Assembly (NCBI GenBank): GCA_038208115.1
Contig: JBBQZC010000007.1
Location: 1-61,691 of the forward strand
Source: Candidatus Moraniibacteriota bacterium
Lineage (GTDB): Bacteria; Patescibacteriota; Minisyncoccia; Moranbacterales; GCA-2747515
Length of the DNA stretch: 61,691 nucleotides
Direction: 5' to 3'
The translations under genes were made by a program, and so were the position numbers. This document shows, piece by piece, positions 49,951-58,984 of this stretch (position 1 is the stretch's first letter; the number at the start of each line of letters is the position of its first letter). The notes below the pieces were generated by a model. That model made no database searches, had not been told where the DNA came from, and was given only the letters and a program-made list of their open reading frames with translations.

Positions 49951-50253
49951 ATGGCACAGTTTAATTATAGGCTGACAGAGAAAATATATGAAAATCGGAT
50001 CGAAAACGAAGATGGTCCGGGGAGCTTGGAAAACATAATGACACGTGTTAGTGAGTGTCGCGTGATCAATATCTGGTCAGACAAAAGTGTGTATTTTGGA
50101 AAGCATTTGATGAAATCTCATTCTCTCGATTTGCCAGAAGACAGTGCGGATGGTCGCATTGAATATAGTTACACGCTCGAACGAAGAGCCTGCGGTGATT
50201 CTGGAGAATGGTTTTTTTTGGGATTTTTGTATCCCAATAATGTAGAGGAGTAA
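49951..50253 (+). CDS. hypothetical protein (islet ORFan)
   Basis: GGGAG SD, TGATATAAT upstream, hairpin GAAGCTTG/CAAGCTTC plus Ts downstream. Confidence 0.6.
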   Translation: MAQFNYRLTEKIYENRIENEDGPGSLENIMTRVSECRVINIWSDKSVYFGKHLMKSHSLDLPEDSADGRIEYSYTLERRACGDSGEWFFLGFLYPNNVEE

Positions 50254-50374
50254 AAAGTCTCCAAGGAAGCTTGCTGAACAACAATTCAGTCAAGCTTCTT
50301 TTATTTTATTCGTCATTATGCTTGATTGCATCCAATCTCTAAATTTGATACCATGGAGATGTGAATTAAGATTT

Positions 50375-50439
50375 TGTCATCCTGAACTTCAACAAATAAC
50401 GCATGTACGTATGCACTGCGGGCAGGTGTTTCAGAATGA
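50375..50439. repeat. degenerate REP-like palindrome with an insert
   Basis: TGTCATCCTGAACTT ... GTTTCAGAATGA arms (one mismatch) around a ~38-nt insert ending GCGGGCAGG. Confidence 0.35.
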
Positions 50440-50491
50440 TAGCACTTTAATTTGATGAAATTTTTACATTATAATCTTTAAAATTGAAACT

Positions 50492-51817
50492 ATGTTAGAC
50501 ATCAAGTATATACGTGATAATGCAGAAAAAGTACAGAAAGCGGCAGATGAGAAAAAATTGAATTTTGTTGTTGCAGATTTGCTTGCAGTAGATGCTGAAC
50601 GTCTCGCAGTAATGCAAGAGATTGAATCGTTGCAAGCGGAAAAAAATGCTCTCAATGATCAAGTAAAAAATGCAAAAGACGCAGATGCACGAAGTGCAAC
50701 TATCGCAAAAGGAAAAAAAATTAAAGAAAAAATTGAGATCAAAGAGCCACTATTGAAAGAATTGCAGAGTAAATTTGAATTACTGATGGTCCGTGTACCA
50801 ACCGTGCATGCAGATGATGTACCGCGAGGCAAGGATGAAACAGAAAATGTGGTCGTCTATGAAAAAGGTGACAAACCAGTGTTTGATTTTATCCCAAAAG
50901 ATCATATTGCACTCGGTACAGAATTGGATATCATTGATTTTGAGCGTGGTGCAAAAGTCGCTGGATATCGCGGCTATTATCTCAAAGGTGATGGCGCTGC
51001 ACTTACGATGGCGCTCATGATGTTTGCATTGCATAAGATCATCGCGAAGGGCTATACGCCAATGATCCCACCGACACTGGTAAAGGAGTTTGCATTATTT
51101 GGTAGTGGATATTTCAAGGGTGTGGACTATGATCAGGAAGTTGATGAAATCTATCAAGTGGCATCAAAAAATAAAACAGCGGATGGCGCAGAATCAAAAG
51201 AAAAAAAGTTTCTTGTAGGCACAGCTGAACCATCATTGCTTGCATATTATGCGGATGAAATTTTGGATGAGTCACAATTGCCGATGAAACTCTGTGGATA
51301 TAGTCAGTGTTACCGTTCGGAGATCGGGAGTTATGGCAAGGATACAAAAGGGATGTACCGCGTGCATGAATTCATGAAGATTGAGCAAGTTGTATTAGCG
51401 CCAGCAGATGTCGATATGACAGAAAAACTCCAACAAGAAATGGTCTCAATTTCAGAGGAATTGCATCAAGATCTGGGATTGCCATATCGCAAATTGGCAA
51501 TTTGCACAGGTGACATGAGTGCAGGAAAATATCGCATGTTTGATCTCGAAGCATGGATGCCAGGTATGGATCGTTGGGGGGAAACGGGATCCGCATCAAA
51601 TTTTCTTGATTGGCAGTCTCGTCGTCTCAATGTGCGTTACAAAGATAAAGATGGTAAGAAAAAATATGTTTATATGCTCAATAACACGATGCTCCCCTCA
51701 CCTCGACCATTTATTGCAGTTTTAGAAAACTATCAACAGGCAGATGGTAGTATCATTGTGCCAGAAGTATTGCGGCCATATATGCCAGGAGGCAAAACCG
51801 TTATCACAAAAAAATAA
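50492..51817 (+). CDS. serS: seryl-tRNA synthetase
   Basis: MLDIKYIR, LVGTAE, YRSEIGSYG, RVHEFMKIEQ, GSASNF. Confidence 0.97.
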   Translation: MLDIKYIRDNAEKVQKAADEKKLNFVVADLLAVDAERLAVMQEIESLQAEKNALNDQVKNAKDADARSATIAKGKKIKEKIEIKEPLLKELQSKFELLMVRVPTVHADDVPRGKDETENVVVYEKGDKPVFDFIPKDHIALGTELDIIDFERGAKVAGYRGYYLKGDGAALTMALMMFALHKIIAKGYTPMIPPTLVKEFALFGSGYFKGVDYDQEVDEIYQVASKNKTADGAESKEKKFLVGTAEPSLLAYYADEILDESQLPMKLCGYSQCYRSEIGSYGKDTKGMYRVHEFMKIEQVVLAPADVDMTEKLQQEMVSISEELHQDLGLPYRKLAICTGDMSAGKYRMFDLEAWMPGMDRWGETGSASNFLDWQSRRLNVRYKDKDGKKKYVYMLNNTMLPSPRPFIAVLENYQQADGSIIVPEVLRPYMPGGKTVITKK

Positions 51818-51860
51818 TTATGAATATGATAACGTTTATTAATAGCAATGTTTCTTACGT

Positions 51861-52865
51861 ATGAAAATTTTAGTAACAGGTGGTGCAGGATTTATCGGTA
51901 GTAACTATATTCACTATATTTTAGAACAGTACCCAGAAGATCAGATTATCAATCTGGACCTTTTGACATATGCGGGCAATGCTGCAAATTTAAGTTCAAT
52001 CGAAAAACATTCACAATATACATTTATAAAAGGTGATATATGCGATATTGCACTCGTTGATCGTCTTATAAAAGACGTGGATGTTATTGTGCATTTTGCA
52101 GCAGAATCACATGTGGATCGCTCAATCATGGATAGCAGTTCATTTGTACGGACAAATGTAGTGGGCACCTTAGCACTTCTTGAAGCAGCAAAAAAAAATG
52201 GAAACAAAAGATTTCATCATGTATCCACAGATGAGGTATTTGGCTCTCTGAGCAAAGATGCCTCTGCATTCAATGAATCTACTCCCTATGACCCACGAAG
52301 TCCATATAGCGCGTCTAAGGCTGCGTCTGATCATCTTGTGCGAGCGTACTATCATACGCACGGGCTTCCGATTACTATTACAAATTGCAGTAACAACTAT
52401 GGTCCATATCAGTTTCCAGAAAAATTAATTCCGCTTTTTGTGTCTAATCTCATTGATGGAAAGAAAATCCCAATTTATGGCAAAGGTGACAATATTCGTG
52501 ATTGGCTCCATGTGAAAGATCATTGTATAGCGATTGATCGTGTAGTGCGTGATGGCAAAATTGGAGAAACATATTGTGTCGGCGGGAATGCAGAACGTAC
52601 CAATATGCAGATTACAAAAATCATACTCGATGCAATGGGTATGGATGAAAACATGATTGAATATGTGGTAGATCGTAAAGGACATGATAAACGGTATGCA
52701 ATTGATAATACGAAAATTAAAACAGAGCTTGGTTGGGAGCCATCGGTGACATTTGAAAAAGGGATCGCCGATACAATTCAGTGGTTTAGAGATAATGAAA
52801 AATGGTGGCGTGACATAAAAAGTGGTGAATATCAGGAATATTACAAAAAACAGTATGACAAATAA
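51861..52865 (+). CDS. rfbB: dTDP-glucose 4,6-dehydratase
   Basis: GGAGFIGSN, HFAAESHVDRSI, STDEVFG, YSASK, SNNYGPYQFPEKLIP. Confidence 0.97.
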   Translation: MKILVTGGAGFIGSNYIHYILEQYPEDQIINLDLLTYAGNAANLSSIEKHSQYTFIKGDICDIALVDRLIKDVDVIVHFAAESHVDRSIMDSSSFVRTNVVGTLALLEAAKKNGNKRFHHVSTDEVFGSLSKDASAFNESTPYDPRSPYSASKAASDHLVRAYYHTHGLPITITNCSNNYGPYQFPEKLIPLFVSNLIDGKKIPIYGKGDNIRDWLHVKDHCIAIDRVVRDGKIGETYCVGGNAERTNMQITKIILDAMGMDENMIEYVVDRKGHDKRYAIDNTKIKTELGWEPSVTFEKGIADTIQWFRDNEKWWRDIKSGEYQEYYKKQYDK

Positions 52866-53517
52866 AAAAATTCTTCTCGGATTTACAACGACGCGGGGAT
52901 CTGATTGGCGTAAAAAGATCGAAGATATAAAACGATTAAATATCACAGAGATTGCTCTTTTCCCAACATGTCTTGATTTAGGGCAAAGGCAAGAGTTATA
53001 CGCATTACTCAAAGAAACAGCTGTAAATAATATACCTCATGTGCACTTGCGATCGGACATGACGGTGAATGAAATCGAATATTTGCGTGATACATATCAT
53101 GTACAGTATTTCAATATACATCCGACATCGTCTGACTATCCTTTTTTATATGATTATACAAAATATGCATCACAAATTTATGTGGAAAATTCCAATGACG
53201 TACCATCATTAGAGGATTTAAATAAATATGCTGGAATATGTTTGGATTTTTCGCACTGGGAAACGGGTGACGGTGTATATAATGGTCTCGAGGAATTGGT
53301 CATGAAATACCCGATTGGTTGTTGTCACGTGTCTGCATATCGTTTTGTGTGGTCGCGATTATGTATGTGCGACGATCATACATATTATAATTTGTCTGAT
53401 TTTGATTATATGAAAAAATACGTGCAATATCTGCCAGATGTAATAAGCTTGGAATTGGAAAATAATTTTGATGAACAATTAAAAGCAAAAGAATATTTGG
53501 AGAAACTTATTGGATAA
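52855..53517 (+). CDS. TIM-barrel metalloprotein (AP-endonuclease-2 / xylose isomerase-like)
   Basis: VHLR, NIHP, VEN, CLDFSH, CHVS and LELE pattern; overlaps the rfbB stop. Confidence 0.55.
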   Translation: MTNKKILLGFTTTRGSDWRKKIEDIKRLNITEIALFPTCLDLGQRQELYALLKETAVNNIPHVHLRSDMTVNEIEYLRDTYHVQYFNIHPTSSDYPFLYDYTKYASQIYVENSNDVPSLEDLNKYAGICLDFSHWETGDGVYNGLEELVMKYPIGCCHVSAYRFVWSRLCMCDDHTYYNLSDFDYMKKYVQYLPDVISLELENNFDEQLKAKEYLEKLIG

Positions 53518-53712
53518 TCATCAGATAAAAAAACGACGGAAACATATTATGTCTTTTGTCGTTTGTAACAAGCTGTGCATTAGCGACTAAGTTTGAGATT
53601 TGATTATTGATTGTAAATCTACATGTTCTCGATTTGATGTAAAATGTTGTATAGCTATATCGTGTAGTAATATTTTTTGTATCAATGGTTGATATAGATA
53701 TTACAGATGTGT

Positions 53713-53759
53713 TTGACATTATATTCCATGTAGAATATTATATCAATGTAAATTGATAT
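53713..53759 (+). promoter_or_regulatory. arsR promoter with an inverted-repeat operator
   Basis: TTGACA-17-TATTAT; IR ATATCAAT-GTAA-ATTGATAT (53740-53759) overlaps -10/+1. Confidence 0.65.
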
Positions 53760-53774
53760 AATATATATTGATAT

Positions 53775-54080
53775 ATGTCACTGGCATGTTTTAAGAATGA
53801 AAAGGCTATGCGGGAATTGTCAGAAACGGCAGATTTTTTGAAGGTGATTGCCGAAGAAAATCGTCTTAAGATTCTATGCATGCTAAAAGATGGAGAAAGA
53901 TGCGTGTGTGAAATTTGGCAGTATTTGGATTTGCAACAAAACCTCACATCACATCATCTAAGGATATTAAAAGATTTCAAATTGATATCATCGCGCAAAG
54001 ATGGTCTGAAAGTTTATTATTCATTAAATAAAAAAATGTTCAATGCACATATAAAATTATTAGTAAATCACTTACGATAA
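53775..54080 (+). CDS. arsR: ArsR/SmtB family repressor
   Basis: RLKILCML...CVCEI...SHHLRIL...GL. Confidence 0.9.
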   Translation: MSLACFKNEKAMRELSETADFLKVIAEENRLKILCMLKDGERCVCEIWQYLDLQQNLTSHHLRILKDFKLISSRKDGLKVYYSLNKKMFNAHIKLLVNHLR

Positions 54081-54084
54081 AATT

Positions 54085-55053
54085 ATGAATATCTTTTATC
54101 CTATACAATTATTTTCCGACCTCATTACGTATCACGCATTTGGTTTATCACATGATGAGTTACTTGGTGAAGTAATAAATTATTTTATCTTTGATGTGAT
54201 AAAGATATTTATTCTTCTCGGAATTATTATATTTGTTGTATCTTTGATACGATCATATTTACCACAAGAAAAAATTCGCAACATACTTGCATCTCAAAGT
54301 AAGGTTGTAGGGCATATTTTGGCCTCACTCATTGGCATTATTATGCCATTTTGCTCTTGCAGTGCAGTGCCGCTTTTTTTGGGGTTTGTAGAAACAGGTG
54401 TACCACTAGGAATCACATTTTCATTTTTGGTTGCAGCACCAATGATTAATGAAGTGGCTCTTGCAATGCTTTTTGGCAGCTTTGGATTGAAAGTTGCACT
54501 CATTTATATTGGAAGTGGTCTTCTGATTGCAGTGGTGTCTGGTATGGTAATCGGACATTTGAAAGTGGAATATCTCTTGGAAGATCTTGGACATGGTAAG
54601 AGATATAAAAAAGATGAGAGCATGATTAAAATGACATGGGAAGATCGTGTGAGTTATGCATGGAATTATTCAATTAAGATTATAAAAAAAGTTGGTGTAT
54701 ATATTGTGATTGGTGTGGGTCTGGGTGCATTAATCCATGGGTATGCACCTGCAGATTTTTTGGCGCAGTATGCTGGAGCAGATAAATGGTATGCCGTGCC
54801 ACTTGCGACTCTTGTAGGAATTCCATTGTATTCTAACGCTGCTGGTGTGATGCCAATCGTAAATGTGCTTTTTGAAAAAGGTGTAGCGCTTGGAACGGTG
54901 TTAGCATTTATGATGGCAGTCACAGCTTTGTCATTGCCAGAATTTTTGATTTTGCGAAAACTGATGAAGCCAAAACTCATCATGATTTTTGCAGGAGTTG
55001 TGGGCGTGGGGATTATTTTTACAGGCTATATATTTAATGCAATTAAATTGTGA
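54085..55053 (+). CDS. DUF318/ArsP-type permease
   Basis: PFCSCSAVP, FLVAAPMINE, GIPLYSN, ALSLPE. Confidence 0.9.
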   Translation: MNIFYPIQLFSDLITYHAFGLSHDELLGEVINYFIFDVIKIFILLGIIIFVVSLIRSYLPQEKIRNILASQSKVVGHILASLIGIIMPFCSCSAVPLFLGFVETGVPLGITFSFLVAAPMINEVALAMLFGSFGLKVALIYIGSGLLIAVVSGMVIGHLKVEYLLEDLGHGKRYKKDESMIKMTWEDRVSYAWNYSIKIIKKVGVYIVIGVGLGALIHGYAPADFLAQYAGADKWYAVPLATLVGIPLYSNAAGVMPIVNVLFEKGVALGTVLAFMMAVTALSLPEFLILRKLMKPKLIMIFAGVVGVGIIFTGYIFNAIKL

Positions 55054-55156
55054 AATATTGATTAAATAGTTGATACAAAAAATTGAAATTTGTGATAATG
55101 TGTGAAGAGAGTCACTGTTATTGACAGATAGATGCATGCGGTGTAGTCTGCGTATA

Positions 55157-55352
55157 AGATTTTCCGAGTGTGGGCATATATCGTGCTAAGTCGTTTGAGG
55201 ATTTTTTCTCCGCTCACGAGCACATGCAATGAGAAAATCTAGGGGTTTGACACAATTCCATCCTGGGAGAGCGTGATTCTCCTGCTGTTCTTTGAGCAGA
55301 GTTATAACCCCGGGGCATCGAGAGTACAGTGTACTACTTTTGATGCCTTTTT
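55157..55352 (+). ncRNA. candidate standalone structured ncRNA (~190 nt)
   Basis: TTGACA-17-TAGTCT promoter upstream; nested stems AGATTTTC/GAAAATCT and GGGGTT/AACCCC; terminator GGCATC...GATGCC plus T6; no substantial ORF. Confidence 0.5.
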
Positions 55353-55422
55353 TAATTTTCTTTGATTTTATTTAACTTCTAATATAAAATATGAGTAATT
55401 GTTGATTTATAATGATTGATTT

Positions 55423-55836
55423 ATGAGAACGAAAGTAGTCGTGATTGGATTAATTGAGAATGATGAAAAGCAGTTTTTAATCAATCAACGATTTGATCCA
55501 AGGATCGCAGATGCACATATGAAATGGGATTTCTTCGGAGGAATGATCGAATTTGGTGAATCTCCTGAAGACGCACTAAAAAGGGAAGTCAAAGAAGAAT
55601 CGGGATTAAACATACAGATTGGTGAAATGATACCACAGTGTTATTCACGGATATGGAATCATGATGACTATAAATTACATGTAATAGTGTTGTGTTATCG
55701 CTGTAAATTGATAGATGGTGTATTAAAAATCGGAGATTATAAAATTCATGCTGTGAAATGGATAAGTAAAACAGAATTTAAGGATCTTGATTTTCTTCCA
55801 TCGATAGATCTATTTTTAAAAGCGATAAATTTTTAA
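55423..55836 (+). CDS. NUDIX hydrolase
   Basis: GGMIEFGESPEDALKREVKEESG Nudix box. Confidence 0.93.
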   Translation: MRTKVVVIGLIENDEKQFLINQRFDPRIADAHMKWDFFGGMIEFGESPEDALKREVKEESGLNIQIGEMIPQCYSRIWNHDDYKLHVIVLCYRCKLIDGVLKIGDYKIHAVKWISKTEFKDLDFLPSIDLFLKAINF

Positions 55837-56075
55837 AAAATAATTTTTGATTAAATAACTCATGATAAGTATATAATTTCGTGTATGAGTCAAACACGTG
55901 CATGTGATCATGATAAAGTATGTCTTTAAGCACTAATTCTTAAGAAGAATTGGTGCTTAATGCGTACTAAATTTGTTTGTTGAAAATGTAAAATGGATGT
56001 ACAATGGAATGTAACAAAATATCGCTTAAGCATAAAAACAAATTTTACATTAATTAATCAATAACGACGCGTTCT

Positions 56076-56456
56076 ATGAATAAACAAACAATATTCAGCA
56101 TTATTGCTGTTGGTGTGATTTTAAGTGGTGTTGGATTATATTATCTTTTGCCAGATGAATCAGTAAAAAGTGTTTTGCCGACAGATATTGTATTTTACTA
56201 TGGTGATACGTGTCCACATTGCAAGAAAGTAGAAGAGTATGTCATACAAAATAACATCCATGACCAAATTCCGTTTGTGGAAAAGGAGGTGTATAACGAT
56301 GCACAAAATGCCAAAGAATTAGAAGCTGTAGCGGAGGCATGTGGTATAGATCCGATGAAAGTCGGTGTGCCATTATTGTGGAGTAACAAAAGTTGCCTCG
56401 TGGGAGATGCAGATATCATTGCTTTTTTTCAAGAAAAAATTAGTGTAAAACAATAA
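56076..56456 (+). CDS. membrane-anchored thioredoxin/glutaredoxin-like protein
   Basis: N-terminal TM, CPHC, GVP cis-Pro motif. Confidence 0.85.
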   Translation: MNKQTIFSIIAVGVILSGVGLYYLLPDESVKSVLPTDIVFYYGDTCPHCKKVEEYVIQNNIHDQIPFVEKEVYNDAQNAKELEAVAEACGIDPMKVGVPLLWSNKSCLVGDADIIAFFQEKISVKQ

Positions 56457-56534
56457 ATAAGTAGTATTGTGTTCTTTTGATAGAAGTTCAAAAAACATTT
56501 CCCCACACGTATTGTATTCGTAAGTAGCATTACT

Positions 56535-57083
56535 ATGAAAATTCCAGAACAATACACATCGCTCGAATATATTCATGACATTGATTGGCATGATATCTTT
56601 GCAGTTTGGCGATCACATGAGGCATATCAGAGAGATTGGCAGCGACATTGGACAGAATGTGGTTTTGATTCATGGGATACGTGGCGCACAAGCTATATCG
56701 CGCCACTTGTGCCAAATTCACGAAAATGGAAAATCTATCGCATCATGGATACGGCACATGATGTGCAATTGATGTATGGTGTGCCGTCGCGCGGATGGCA
56801 GGCGAAATGTTATGATGGTACATCGACTAAGAGGATTGCAGATATACTGTCACATCCAGTGGTTACACGTAATCCTAAAGTGCAATTCATCAAGGAAAGT
56901 TTTCCGTTTCAGACAATGCTTATGGGTGTACTTCATGAAAATAAAATTGTGTTAATAGAGGGCATGCATCGTGCATGTGCATTAGCACAGATGGAAAATC
57001 AATTTGGCGGTGACGTAGTGATTGCATTAACGACGTATGAAGGTGACCTACCAACAATCGGAAAAGGTGAATATGTGATATAA
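56535..57083 (+). CDS. hypothetical protein with a ParB/Srx-like motif
   Basis: VLIEGMHRACAL resembles the ParB/Srx DGxHR motif. Confidence 0.55.
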   Translation: MKIPEQYTSLEYIHDIDWHDIFAVWRSHEAYQRDWQRHWTECGFDSWDTWRTSYIAPLVPNSRKWKIYRIMDTAHDVQLMYGVPSRGWQAKCYDGTSTKRIADILSHPVVTRNPKVQFIKESFPFQTMLMGVLHENKIVLIEGMHRACALAQMENQFGGDVVIALTTYEGDLPTIGKGEYVI

Positions 57084-57111
57084 TATATGATATAAATAAT
57101 AAATAAACAGT

Positions 57112-58980
57112 ATGGATAAGTTGATTGAGATTTTACTGAGTCTGCGTGATGATCTCGCGAGCTTGCGATCAGATGTTGCGATGTTGTCCTCAAAAGTGGA
57201 TCACATAGCAGAAAGTAGCTCAAAACAAATGGTCCAAAATAATTTCGCAGAACAAAGTGTGCCTATAGCACCACAATCGCAGAAAAGCAATAATTATAAT
57301 TACGGGCGTCCGTTATCAAACTCAGAAGAATTATATATAAGTACATTACACAGTGATGGTGAAAATGAATCTTCACTTGATAATAATGCGGCAAAGCTTG
57401 AGACCACTCCACCACCAGCGCCATATGTCAAACCTGTAGATTCAATGATTGAAAACTTCTTCAAATGGGTTGTGACAGATTGGCCAATGAAAGTTGGTGG
57501 ATTCTTTATTATTGCAGCGGTCGGATGGTTTGTGACGTATGCAGCGAGAATAGGGTGGCTCTCTGAAACGGCACGGGTGGTGATGGGATATATTTTTGCT
57601 GTAGTATGTTTGTCATATGGTTCGTTGCGTGCGGAGAAAGTGCGTGTGCAGGGCAATTTATTTCTTATTATTGGCGTTGCTGCGATGTTCATCGCTACTC
57701 TCGCGAGTATTTATCTCGAAACGGTCGGTATGCCGTATATTGTTGGACTCTTCGTTATGCTTGTTTCCGTCGGTTTTGTCACACTTGTATCTTTGAGACA
57801 AAAGAGTTATGCACTCACAGCATCGATTATCTTTTTTGGTGGACTTATTCCGGTATTTTTTTATTCACAAATTGAAGTGAATATTCTTTTTGCATATCTC
57901 TTTATTTTGACATTGGGCACTCTTTGGGTGGTTTCTTTTGCAAATTGGCGAAGCTTGACGACAGGTATGTTGGGCGTGGTGTTGCTATATTCGCTCGCAT
58001 ATATTATCGATGCGTCTAGTATAGAATTAGAATCACTGAAAAATATCATTATCGCATTTGTCTTTGTTGGTGTGTTTTATGTTGCAAATGTGTCATCAAT
58101 TATTCGATCTGGTAGATCTGGTTTTTTTGATATCATGACAGCAATGGGTATTGGTATAGTTTTTCTGATATGGATGTTGAGCTTTGCCCCAAAAGAATTT
58201 GAAGTAATGATGCTTCTCGTCGGTATATTATTTTTCTCTTCCGCATCATATCTGATATTTCGTTCAATTGAGCATCGCGCACCATCAATTACGTATGCCG
58301 GAGTTAGTGCAGTACTTTTTGTGATCGCCACTGCACTGCAATTTCATGGTCCTGTTTTAGCAACAGCATATTTGGTTGAGGCAAGTGCATTTATCATTAC
58401 TATGATGTATTTCTTGCAGCCTAAGCTCACGAATACATTTCGCTTTGCATCGATTTTACTGTATGCAATACCCGTCTTAATATCATTTTTTTACATAGGT
58501 GAGGTATTTGATCTGATCGGAAACGGTGGAAAATATATTATTGAGGATGCTTTGCCCGGACTTTATGTTGTCTTTATTGGATGTATCGCGACGCTTGCAA
58601 TTGCGATGGCTGCGATTCGTATCTCAGATACAACAGATAAAGATAATCTCACTTTTTTTCGCATTTTTGCCCATGGTGGTGGTATCTATGCGATTATTCT
58701 GATTTGGTTTATCACACATGTGTTTATGGGAACGTATGATGTAGCGACATTTGTAGCATTACTTGTTTATACCGTTGTAGGTGTCATATTCTATGTCATG
58801 GGTGTTCGTGAAGGTTATAAACCCTATATGTTTGTAGGAGGTATATTATTTGGATTAGTCGTTGTGCGTTTACTCTTTGTAGAGTTTTGGGAAATGGATA
58901 TCGTTATGCGTATTATTACATCATTCGTTTTGGGAGCACTGCTTGTCTCCACAGCGTTTATTCGAACAATAAAAAAATAA
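57112..58980 (+). CDS. DUF2339-like polytopic membrane protein
   Basis: Soluble N-terminus, then W.MKVGG...GWF.TYA...LSETARV and many TM segments. Confidence 0.8.
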   Translation: MDKLIEILLSLRDDLASLRSDVAMLSSKVDHIAESSSKQMVQNNFAEQSVPIAPQSQKSNNYNYGRPLSNSEELYISTLHSDGENESSLDNNAAKLETTPPPAPYVKPVDSMIENFFKWVVTDWPMKVGGFFIIAAVGWFVTYAARIGWLSETARVVMGYIFAVVCLSYGSLRAEKVRVQGNLFLIIGVAAMFIATLASIYLETVGMPYIVGLFVMLVSVGFVTLVSLRQKSYALTASIIFFGGLIPVFFYSQIEVNILFAYLFILTLGTLWVVSFANWRSLTTGMLGVVLLYSLAYIIDASSIELESLKNIIIAFVFVGVFYVANVSSIIRSGRSGFFDIMTAMGIGIVFLIWMLSFAPKEFEVMMLLVGILFFSSASYLIFRSIEHRAPSITYAGVSAVLFVIATALQFHGPVLATAYLVEASAFIITMMYFLQPKLTNTFRFASILLYAIPVLISFFYIGEVFDLIGNGGKYIIEDALPGLYVVFIGCIATLAIAMAAIRISDTTDKDNLTFFRIFAHGGGIYAIILIWFITHVFMGTYDVATFVALLVYTVVGVIFYVMGVREGYKPYMFVGGILFGLVVVRLLFVEFWEMDIVMRIITSFVLGALLVSTAFIRTIKK

Positions 58981-58984
58981 TTCT

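Noticed and set aside
55157-55352. Retron msr-msd interpretation of the ncRNA candidate
   Set aside because: No reverse transcriptase is nearby, and no a1/a2 repeat enclosing the whole unit is evident.
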